Assembly (NCBI RefSeq): GCF_037042905.1
Contig: NC_087245.1
Location: 42,596,001 to 42,660,000 of the forward strand
DNA length: 64,000 bases
Direction: 5' to 3'
DNA from: Lytechinus pictus
Lineage: Eukaryota
Made by a program: the position numbers and the translations under genes. The notes under the pieces were generated by a model. It worked only from the letters and a program-made list of their open reading frames with translations, did not search any database and was not told where the DNA came from. Shown one piece after another: positions 13,195 through 25,600 of this stretch (position 1 is its first letter; each line of letters starts with the position of its first letter).

Positions 13195-13625
13195 TCCTTG
13201 TCTGTTCCTTTCACATTTTGTGTTAGCGCCAGCTTGCGACATCTGCATTATAATGTCAACACAAGTACAAAAAAGATATCGAGCCAGCCGGCCAAGGAAA
13301 TTTCCGTGGCTAGCATCGCCGCGCCGGTATATCGCACCACCACCACCGGATCGCGGAGCTGGCTAGCTGTCCCGCCAAAGATTTCGCGAATTCGATCGAC
13401 CGGCTGCGCTGCTGATTGTCAATGTATTTACATTGTCGCTGTTTCTCTTGTCCTGTGCTGAGAACTACCAGGGCTGTAGGCGAGCTTGGATTATGACATA
13501 TTTCACCAAGTGATTGGGACTATTTCAGGATATTATTCTATGGAAGGTATCAGAGTGGAATATTCTGACAAGTAGCTCAGGAGAATCACGTTTAATCGGT
13601 GAAAAACCACCTGTAAATTGCAACC
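13195..13625 (+). promoter_or_regulatory. Probable KIF13 proximal promoter / 5' UTR (CpG-rich)
   Basis: GC/CpG-rich stretch (about 13280-13440) just upstream of the ATG; TSS cannot be determined from sequence. Confidence 0.5.
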
Positions 13626-13674
13626 ATGTCCAAAGTAAATGTTGCAGTGCGTGTTCGGCCATTCAATCGTCGAG
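13626..13674 (+). CDS. KIF13: KIF13 exon 1 coding part ([17 protein letters not shown])
   Basis: ATG in context caaccATG, kinesin VAVRVRP motif, donor G|gtaagt, phase 1. Confidence 0.95.
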
Positions 13675-16600
13675 GTAAGTTCTGATGAAAGTCGAATGAA
13701 TGAAAAACATATAAATGTTGTTTTATGTTACTGGCAAAAGTATGTACCATATGTTTGTGTGGTGATAAATTGACATGGTATGGTTGATTTATGATGATTT
13801 ATGAACGTTTGTTTGTGTTTCAGAGGTTGAATTGCAGACGAAATGCTGTGTGGATATGGAAGACAACCAGACGATTCTCCACCCCGTCACGGGCAAATCA
13901 TCGGATAGGTAAGTAGGCGTGTCCCCCGGCCTTGCCCGATTGCACATGCAATGGGAATCTGGCTGTATGGTCTTTCACTGAGTGATCCGTCATCCGATAT
14001 TAAGAAATTTACATGACAGAATACAAATTATTTTAGGAAAAAAGTATCATTGCTTGGAGTTGGAGAGTCAACTGTATTTGGATTATGGAGTGAACTTCAA
14101 TCTAGGCATTGAATGTAAAGCTCCAGCCTCCATAGCCAGGACGGCAGGAGGCTTAGCCTTAGTTCTAGAGAGTAAAAATCATTTACTAACGTTTGCTTAC
14201 TCTCCACGAAGCCAGGAATTCCTTCCCATTCATATGCACGCACCACCCACAAACCTGAAACTTTCTTCCCCAACGTTGGGGAAGAACAATAGGAAACAAG
14301 ATGACTGCGTAAACATCGGGCAAATCTCCTCCGTCTTTTCATAATATTTTTCTCATTTTATTGATGAATTCTTGTTAAAAATAAAATCAATAGCGTAGAC
14401 ATGTCGGAAATGAATTTGTATCCCATGTACATGATTTAGGGCTAGATCTTTTAGAAGGAAAGTAGAAATCTCGGGGGCGAAAGTTTCAGGTTTTTGGGCG
14501 GTGCGTGCAGATGAATGGGAAGGAATTCCTGGCTTCGTGGAGAGTAAGCAAACGTTAGTAAATGATTTTTACTCTCTAGAAGCCTTTTGGCTATAAAGCC
14601 TCCAGGTAAAATCAAGGTTCAGAGTTTTAGACTGGTAGTACTACAATTACAGTGTAATTTTTCTATTAACGACTAGATTCTAGATCTAGAGTAGGTCTAA
14701 CGTTAGACCCTATGTTTTCTTCTTTTTGATTTTTTAAATGAAATGAATACTGGTTTGATTTTGCCTCTTTTGTTTGCAGATTTATTGTGTGGTTAGATAG
14801 TACGTTGGATAAATATAATTAGTTTTCCTCTGGCTTGTATACTCACTAATCACTATGCCATACATGCTGCAATTGTATTGTGGTGTTCAGTGGTCACTAA
14901 TAAAATAAACGTAATGCAAAGAATGAAAGATAAAAAATCTTAAGGTCAATACTTTTTATTAATTAATTCACATCACAAAAAATGATCAGACTTTGTATAG
15001 TGTACTAGTACACGTATGCACAAATAACTTCAAAAATATTGCCAAAATCAGTTGTTTTTGCTGCAATATCACCTTTTATCATAAACCTTCCTTGCAGTTG
15101 TAAAGAGTCGTATTGTAAATGTTGTACACCAAATGTATATATATTTTCTTTTGATTTATTCTGGGAAAAAGTCGGGCAGCTACAAATCAACAGTCTGCTG
15201 TTTTTACCATATTTTATAATTCTGAGAAAATCAGACAATGCAAATGTGTTATTACTCTTACTTAATTTTCTTATCAAATTCCCTTTCCCTTCATATCCAT
15301 ATTACAGTTCAATAAACTACATTGTATAAATAATTATCCGATCAATGTCATGTAAATTTGGTGCAGAAGTACATGTACATGAAATTGCTGATACACTAAT
15401 AGCTAAGCTTGTAAAAGCAAATTCACACAAATATGCAGAATTCTACTACACAGTGCTTGCGTGAGTGGCTGTACATGTATATCATGTGTAATAGAAAACA
15501 TAAAATTCAACAAATCAGAATACACACCTTTAATATTTTGAACTTGAAAGAAATAAGCAAATAGGCTAAAGCAGTAGTTTTAGTACAATTCTTAATTTGC
15601 CATGCAGCATTCCAACTTTAATACCCCAGGCCATACCACGTTCCATCTTACCCTGTACTGTATATATGTGGTACATTGTAAGTTGGAACACTTGAGATGG
15701 TCTTGTTCAAGGTGGATTTCTGTAATAACTCCATGGTACATCTGTAGCCCTTTATAGATACTATGCTTTAAGCTGATATATTGATTGTTTCTTGAATAAA
15801 ATCTATTTGGACTTTACAGCCATTTTTGTCAAAAATGTTCCAACTAACCCCAATCTCCCCTACTCTACATGTATTTGAGGGAAAATTGGTCATCAATCAA
15901 CAGTGTTTGTTTTTAGAGGACCTGACACAGGAAGTCCTTATTTCCACAGATGTCAGTTCAGTGGTGACTGGTGACAGTGTTTTGTATTGTACATAGGCAC
16001 TGTACTTCACCAGCACGTAGGCCCAGATGAATCTGGATTCTGGATCTAACTTTCTCATGTAAATCTATGTATGTTTGTAGAACTTTTGTACAATGTATGA
16101 TTGCAAATCCGGTAATCCACCCATATTAAATTCAGATCCACTGCTAAATTGGCAACAGCCAAAAAATTATTATTTTTTTGTTATTTTCAGGGGCTACTTT
16201 TTTAATACAACTTACTGCCTAAACCTGCAACATTGGATAAGCTTTAACATTGCAATTGATAGAGATTTTCAGGGCTCTTTATTTAAAATTTAGTTTCCAG
16301 GGCTTTCATGATCATTTTTTTGTCTCACCTGCATAGCAGAGTGAGACAGGCGCCGCTTTTCCGACGGCGGCGGCGGCGTCAACACCAAATCTTAACCTGA
16401 GGTTAAGTTTTTGAAATGACAGCATAACTTAGAAAGTATATGGACCTAGTTCATGAAACTTGGCCATAAGGTTAATCAAGTATTACTGAACATCCTGCCT
16501 GAGTTTCATGTCACATGACTGAGGTCAAAGGTCATTTAGGGTCAATGAACTTAGACCATGTTGGGGAATCAACATCAAAATCTTAACCTAAGGTTAAGTT

Positions 16601-19600
16601 TTTGAAATGTCATCATAACTTAGAAAATATATGGACCTAGTTCATGAAACTTATACATAAGGTTAATCAAGTATCACTGAACATCCTGCATGAGTTTCAC
16701 GTCACATGACCAAGGTCAAAGGTCATTTAGGGTCAATGAACTTTGGCCGAATTGGGGGTATCTGTTGAATTACCATCATAACTTTGAAAGTTTATGGATC
16801 TGATTCATGAAACTTGGACATAATAGTAATCAAGTATTACTGATCATCCTGTGCAAGTTTCAGGTCACATGATCAAGGTCAAATGTCATGTAAGGTCAAA
16901 GAACTTTGGCCACGTCGGGGGTATTTGTTGAATTGCCATCATATCTCTATAAGTGTATTGGTCTAGTTCATAAAACGTGGAAATACGAGTAACCAAGTAT
17001 CACTGAACATCTTGTGCGAGTTATAGTAGTTTTCAAAATCAGCACTGCTGCTATATTGAATCGCGTGATGCAGGTGAGACGGCCAGAGGCATTCCACTTG
17101 TTTTTTTTTTTTTTGGGGGGGGGCTAAATTGCCCTGTCCCAATATATCCCCCCCCTGATTGGCATCCTATGGCTTAATGTGATTGGATTAATTCAAGGGC
17201 CTAATAATCAGTGCTTAATTGAGGCTTGTTCACCTGGGGGGGGGGGGGCAGTCAAATGTATTGCTGTACACACGCATGGCTAAATTATTTCCAAACACCC
17301 CCTTTAAACGAGTTTTTCTCTGTGTGCAAATTAAACAAGTTTTTCGCAGGCTTTATTTGCCCTTTTTGGCCCCTAAACAAGTTGTCGCCAGAATATGACC
17401 CCGGGGAAAAAGCTTGGGGGAAAAAAACATACCCTATTAATACAATACACGTTTGGCTAGTGTTTAAAAAATAGCTTTGGAAAAAAAAAACATACCATAT
17501 GAAATACATGTACGTTTTACCCTGCGATTGACCAGTCTTTCAAAACTACCCCTTTTTTTTGAAAATCTGTGTTTTTGATACCCTTAACGAGTGCACGCGC
17601 GGCTCGCGTCCAAAACTGAAAAAAACACCCATTTAAACATGTTTTTTGGTCACGCGTGTGTACAGCAATATATTTGACTGCCCCCCCCCCCCCCCGGGCT
17701 TGTTCAACACTTTTGTACAAGGTAGGAAAGGGTATAAAGGGGAATTGTTCAAGTTTCAAGTTTATTTTTATTGATTTCAAATCCAAACATAAAGGATTAC
17801 AATAAAAATAAAATGCACAATTTTTTTTTACAAATTATCGAACATAATTTACAATGATAAATTAACATTTCTAACAATAAACAGAGTCACAAATTAAACT
17901 GTTAAAGGTTAAAGTTCACCCTAACAAAACCTTGATTCGAATAAAAGAGAAAAATCTAACAAGCATAACACTGAAAATTTCATCAAATTCGGATGTAAAA
18001 TAAGAAAGTTATGACATTTTTGCTTAATTTCACAAAACAGTTAATATTCACATCCTGGTCGGTATGCAAATGACGAGACTGATGACATCTTCCACTCACT
18101 ACTGTATTTCTTTTGTATGAAATATTCTATTTTTCTCCTTATTTGTAAAGTGAAACAATTATCAATTCATCCCTGAACATGTGGAATTAGCACTGTTTAA
18201 CACTATATGGTTCAGTCAAGTTGGTACTTCTTGTCAAATCTGTAGAAAATGAAATATTGTATAATTCAAACAATAAAAAAGTGAGGGACATCATCGTCTG
18301 TCTCATTTGCATGTCACTGAGTTGTGCAATATCGCTGTTTTGTGAAAAATAAGTGAAACTTAAAAATGTCATAACTTTCTTATTTTACATCCGATTTTGA
18401 TAAAATTTTCAGCGTTATGCTAGTTTGATTTTTCTCTTTTTATTAGAATTAACATTTTCCTTGGGTGGACTTGACCTTTAAAGAACAATTAAATTGTTCA
18501 TGATGGCATGAACTATGATGAACATGTAGCCCGGTATTCGCCCCTACTGTATGCACGTGTATGTCAACACATGTGCATCAAGTGTCTTCATTGTTTCTAT
18601 GGACACTGCTGGCAGATAATCAGTAGCTCTCTATTCTTTTCTATTCCCCTTTATACATGTAACTTGCCTGTTAAGATTTAGAGGTTTAGATGGGGTTGGT
18701 TGGGTTCGACCATTATGAAGACAACAAAAGCGCTCTAAATCAATATGGGGGGCCATAAACCCTTTCATGTGTCTGGAAATCATTGTAGTCTGGACAATCG
18801 AGAGTTCCTTTGGTCAACTTGTTGTCCATTATTCTCCAATGTTCTATTGTGTTCCTCTGTGGTCAGTGGTGTGGTGTGACTGAACAGTCTGAAAGGTCAA
18901 TTTCCTGTGAATGTTTCATGTGCAATGAATTGATAGCCTATTCAGATGAGGATGCAATCTATTAAACTTATGTAAAGAAGAAACTGTTACATTAAGATTA
19001 AAAACCTAAGACATTAGAAGTTAGGCATGACTTCATAAAGACCTCATCCTGATATCCATGCAGCTATTACTCTAGTCTGAACAGTGAATAGAGGGATAAC
19101 TGTAATACATGTAACTGTATTATTTCCTTTGTGCCAGACATGTGTATTCAGGTGCTTTTGGCTCTGTGACACTGAAAGGGTTAATATCCCTGATTCCCTG
19201 TACAATCTATTGTTGTTTTCAATGTGGTGTAGGTTGCTGACCTTCAGTAATTGAAATTGTATCATTCAAGCTATACTTTTGTTTGGTTTGTTTGGGTTGT
19301 TCACATTCTTATCACATGATCTGTGGAATACTCAGTACTTCGCAAAATCATATAGGTCCATGGCCAAATGGTTCCATTGTATGTTATTAAGGGATGGTCC
19401 CGGGTGGAGATATTTATTTCTCAATAAATAGAGTAAAATTCACAAAGCAAAATTATGGAAATTTAATCAAAATCGGATAACAAATAACGAAGATATTGAA
19501 TTTTAAAGATTTGCATTATTCTGGTGAAAAGGTTCTAGGCATGTCTTTATGAATATTCATTAGGTGGGCTGATGATGTCATATCCCCACTTGTTCTTTTG

Positions 19601-22600
19601 TATTTTATTATATGAAATTAGGTTTATTCAAAAATTTTCTACCTAGAACTAAAACAATTGGATTGACAACAAATAGTTATTAATGCCGCAACTTATTTCA
19701 TCACAATGGAGACACATCATTTACGTACATGAACAAATGAAACATTTATTATTTCATGTAATAACATATTAAAGAAAAAGGAAAGTGGGGATGCGACATC
19801 ATCAGCCCACCTAATGAATATTCATGATGATGTGCATACAACTGTTTTCACCAAATAATGAATAACTTCAAAATTCAATTACTTATTTGTTTTGAAATTT
19901 TCAGCATTTTGCTCAGTGAATTTTACTCTATTTTCAGCCCAGAGCATCCCTTATAGCAAGGAAGGGGAAAATTATAACTTTACAAATTTATGTACACATA
20001 CACATCAATTGTAATTATTTCCATTTGCTGGTTTTGTACTGTAATACCCCATTTTGCAAAAATAGAACTACATGTAAATGTATTTGCAAAACCAGTTGGT
20101 ACTGTTACTACTGTAGCATGCGTTGGAAGTACGAAAGCCATGTGAGTCTCTTTATGTCGATATCCATAGAATACATGTAGGTTCTTGAAAGAAAACTTGA
20201 GAGAGATTTATAATCAAATTTAATTAGCAATACACCTGTATACAAATATAATAGGGATGAATGGACTTTTATGTGGGGGCTCTTGCTCGTGAACTCCCTC
20301 CCATATTGAGATAGTTTGCAGTATTAAAGATTTTTGTAGACTTAAAAAAAAAAAGCTTACCTACATTATTTTTTGATGATTTTTTTAGCAGGGTTGGATG
20401 ATTTAAATCACGTTGATTTAAATTGCAATTTAAATCACTTTGATTTTAAAAAAATATATCGATTTAAATCACTCCCATTGAAACTTGAACAAAGTATTGA
20501 AACTTTTTTGTGTGTAGCAGTTTTATGTTTTGTATTGAAAAAAGAAAGATTTTATCAACTTTATCATCAGAACATGAATAAATCCTTCATATCTTATTGG
20601 CACAATTGAATCCAGTCAATAAAATCAGGTTTATCTTGCAAAAACCAAAGATGTACCTTACATTTAAATCACTATGATTTTTTTACAAAAATCATTGATT
20701 TATATCACTTCCATTGGAACATGTACAAATGATCAACAATTTTTTGGGTTTAACTTTATATAAGTGGGAGTTTTATATTTTTACACAAAAGAAAATATTT
20801 TATGAATTTTATGCTCTCAGAGCATGAAAAAATTATTAATATCTACTCATTAACAATTGAAATCAGATCAATAAAATCAGGTTATTGTAATAAAATCCAA
20901 AGATACACGGTTAACACTTTGACCCCCACTCCACTTTCATAAGTGGACTTACAAAATTTTCCCTGTGAAATATGACTTTGCTGATAGTAAAACAAATTTC
21001 TTTATATAATGTATCAACATAAGTTGAATAGATCTCTGAGTCAAGGAACTCTTCCAAGTAAACTGATCCTCATTTCATGTTAAGAGCTTTGAATAGGGCT
21101 GCGTTTATGCGACCTCAAGCCAGAAACCTGATTTGAAACATGATTCAAAACACAAACATGAATCACAATACCACAGAATCCGGGTTTAGATGACCATCAT
21201 TCCAGTGCTGTTTTTCCTTGGATTCTAGCCGATCCAGTGCGCATCATAGTGCGCAGTTAGGCAGAGGAAGTTAGGTCATCTTTTTCGCACGTGTTTTGGC
21301 TCTCAAAAATCAATCCTTTACCTTCCGAATTCAGTCTATTATACATGTACCTCATTTTGTTTTACTTATTATTATTCTTCTTGTCGGTTTAGTGAAAATG
21401 GTGTTCGGAAGTGAATTTTAGCGTAGATCCAATTTCATATTGACACTGTTAACTCAACAACAATTGATATCATTGTCTGTTCAGTTTATACTTCATTTAC
21501 TAGTTCACTTGAAGTTGAAGACATGACAAAAAAAAGATGAAAAGAAGTGGACAATGTGATGCCCAACACAGAACTTAAAGTTAAATGCATGTGGCAAGAA
21601 ATGCATGCATAGCACATAATTATGTACAAATACACTGAGCATAGCGCGCCTTGAGCTTGGCAAGAGTCGAACCAAAAGTAGCCCGATACAGTGATGTCAT
21701 AGAATCATGATTCAAATCACGATTGCGTTTATTGTTCGAAATAGAAATATTTGGAAAATTCATTTTGCCACTGGCAGCCACTGTACAGAGCCAGATCAAC
21801 AAGGCTATATCTTTAAATGTTGAATGCCAAACAGGGGAGCAACAACTCCCACCTTTTTCTGCTTTTGGTCTGACATGGCCAGGGTTTGAACTCCTGACCT
21901 CACGGTTGTGAGGCCGGTGCTCTACCAACTGAGCCAAAACTCTGGTCATTCCTACAGTAACTCTCTTGAAAACTTAGGCAACTGCTAGATAGAATTAGAG
22001 AACTTACATGTAAAATAAAAATTATGTATACATCTTTTTTTTAAAGCTATCAGGTTGCACCCCTTGAACCTCTAAAATAATAATAAATATAGGATTTGTA
22101 TAGCATACGTAACCACCTTGCTACATGTAGGTGCTCAAGGCGCTCCTATATTACCCCGGCTAAGCTAGTTTACCGATTCTGGTGCGCACAGCTTTTTGAG
22201 GAATTACTTCCTGCCAGTACCCATTTACCTCACCTGGGTCGAGAGCAGCACAGTGTTGATAAATTTCTTGCTGAAGGAAAGCATGCCATGGCTAGGATTC
22301 AAACCCACTACCCTCTGTTTGAAAGGCGAGAGTCAGAACCACTAGACCAGATGCGCCCACTAAATAAAAAGAACAGAGCCATTATATCAATGGCTCTGAA
22401 TAGAGTGATCCATCCATATAGTGTTTGTATCTATTTTAATATTTTGTACAATGTATTTTGTTATGATTTTTATATTCAGGTTAATTATAAAACCAAAAAC
22501 AAACCAAACCCCCAGTTGCACTATGTACATGTACATGTACATGTCTACAGTCCCATACACCCTCAATGCATACACCATCGATCCTGTAAAATACTATGTA

Positions 22601-25600
22601 GGCGTAAGAGTGAAGACTTTTGCAAGTGGGAGGGGCAGACAGAGTAGAGTTCCAACACTATAATTTATTATAAAGAACACAGATTGAACCAAATCTGAAC
22701 TACTTTGTGTACACACACTTGTCCTCATTACCCTGGAAATTACTTGTACTTGCATAGTGATGGATCTAGGGGGATCAAATAAGTTAGTACAGGTGTTGAA
22801 ATACTGTAATTGCTTTCAACAAACAGTTGTTGCTTCTTGTCTGTCTCTTGTACATGCACAGCAGGCCTCGTTAATCTCAGTACTATCAGATTATGCATGT
22901 CATCAATTTTGCATCAATTATTGACTTACTGTACTACATGTATGTGTATACATGTACATCATGGAGCATGGTACATTGACAAACTACATAAATGATATAT
23001 TGGCCAAAAGCTTTTTTAACAAAACTTGCATGTGTGTGAGAATGAACCCAGGATTAAAGATTATTTCAACAAAAAATAACAACCTTGACAAAGCTTCATC
23101 TTCATTTCCTACTGATCACAGCTAATGGGGGACTTTCTTGCTCCAAGCAAGGTGTCGAAGGAAGTCCATTGTCACACTAACAATACATTTGGGTGGTTCG
23201 TATAGCCTGCCCAGGAAAACCATTGATTGCTTTTATTTCCCCTCAAACGACCTGTAATTGACAGATCTTTTCAGCCAAGGCTGGTAATAGGACTTTGATA
23301 ATGGCCATGCATTAATATTATATCCCATACTGTACCAGGGGTTGACAATAAATGTATTCATGCAGTGCATTTTCCTTCATGATGACAAATTGGTTATTCT
23401 TGAGTGAGGGAAGGCTGGGAAGGAAGGGGGGAGGGCTGTAACATTTTTAGGTGAAGAGAGAGCAAGGGAAGCATGAGAACAGTTCAAGAAAAGTTCAACA
23501 CTGAAGGCGGTGCTGCACCATCCCGAGTTTGCTCAATCTCAAGATTTTAGCCCGATCTCAAGATTTTAGCCCGATCGACCCTCTTCGCGATTAATCCCGA
23601 GATTCAAGAAACCCCGTCTCCACCATCGCAAGAAGAGCGATTCCTGCTCGAGCGAAGCATCGATGCATTATGGTCTGACGCCGTGAATAAATAATCCCGA
23701 GTGCGTCTGCTGTAGTAACCGTCACACATAAAAATTAATTGAGGAGCAATCGGAGCCCATTGAACTTATCATCCTCAACCCTAACCTCATTATCTTATTC
23801 GCAAGTTATTCCAAATATTGATGTTAGGCATCTTTCTAGGAACTGGGAGCACTGATCAATCGATGTGTTTACTCTGTTAACATAGTATTATACTTATACC
23901 CCAATACATTACAATAATTTCTGTTAGTTAAAATATTCTGTACAAAGCAAATGAAGGAAATATACTTCTTTACATATCAAAGACTAGTAAATTGAAAATG
24001 AATTGAACTTGAATTGAATTCCTAAATATAAAAAAAAATCAGAAAGATCTGGTTGCACTTATCACATCATGAAGATGATAAGATTTTAAGAGCATAAGGG
24101 TTTGTCAAGTCGTTTCAAGGTATTCCTGCAATACCATGATACCAAACTGAATGTATTCGACGTCTATCTCTTTTATCTATCTATCTCTGTTATCTATTTT
24201 GTTCCTAAATAAGCTCATTGACCCCTTTGTATATAATGTCTTCTTAGATAGAGACTTTTCAAAATAAAGAACCCACGAAAATAAGACTTCTAAAATTCTA
24301 ACCGCTTTTAATGTATTTTGGCTTCCATTTAAAGTTTGTTGACCTTTTGACCTTTCCCTGACCATGTCTTGACCCTTTATATCTTCTGGATAAGGACTCC
24401 TGACGATGGACTTATCATAATCGATAATAAAAAAGTACACACATGCATAAAAACACAGAAAATGAGCTTTCTTAACACCTTCAGTGTAATTTGCCATTTA
24501 CCCAAAGTTCGTTCGCCTTTTGACATTTCCGGTCATAACTTCTTAACGGGAGGTCAAGAGTGTATGGTTGTGTACATTTTCTTGTTCAGTATAACAAGAC
24601 AAACAATTTGATGTGTCACTCGACAGAATTGGGGCAATTAAAAAAAAATGACCCCTACTGACCCCATTTTGACCCCTAACATATGGTCAAGATGACCATT
24701 AGAAATTTGTCACTATGTTGAAACTTGTTCCTTGTGATGTCACCAATCACATAAAAGTGAAAAATCAGACTTAGCCAATTTTTCGCAGCAGCCGGTAAAT
24801 CATGACATATGCTGCCTGACTATTGTATGTGTTATCCGATTTTGATCAAATTTTCAGCATTTTGCTTTGTGAATTTTACTCTATTTATTGAGATATAAAT
24901 ATTTCCAGCACGGACCATCACTTTAAACTTCACAGATGTTCGAATGACTACATTGTCTTCAGTACAGGTTCATTTTAAGTGGTTCCAATTTATTTTTAAT
25001 AATACATCTACATATTTGAATACCCCTTTGTACATGTATCTGTATGTTAATATAATTTTTGTCTCACCTGCATAGCAGAGTGAGACTATAGGCGCCGCTT
25101 TTCCGACGGCAGCGGCGTCAACACCAAATCTTAACCGAAGGTTAAGTTTTTGAAATGACAGCATAACTTAGAAAGTATATGGACCTAGTTCATGAAACTT
25201 GGCCATAAGGTTAATCAAGTATTACTAAACATCCTGCCTGAGTTTCAGGTCACATGACCAAGGTAAAAGGTAATTTATGGTCAATGAACTTAGACCATGT
25301 TGGGGGAATCAACATCAAAATCTTAACCTAAGGTTAAGTTTTTGAAATGTCATCATAACTTCGAAAATATATGGACCTAGTTCATGAAACTTGGACATAA
25401 GGTTAATCAAGTATTACTGAACATCCTGCTTGAGTTTCACATCACATGTCAAAGGTCATTTAGGGTCAATGAACTTTGGCCAAATTGGGGGTATCTGTTG
25501 AATTACCATCATAACTTTAAAAGTTTATGGATCTGATTCATGAAACTTAGACATAAGAGTAATCAAGTATCTTTGAACATTCCGTCCGAGTTTCAGGTCA

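Noticed and set aside
16315..16347. HINE 5' end as a cryptic acceptor or 4-nt exon (catag|caga|gtgaga)
   Set aside because: Splice-like motifs are a by-product of the subTIR/IR hairpin; would frameshift and has no independent support.
22096..22647. 183-aa ORF
   Set aside because: Runs through an antisense SINE and low-complexity sequence; no recognisable domain.
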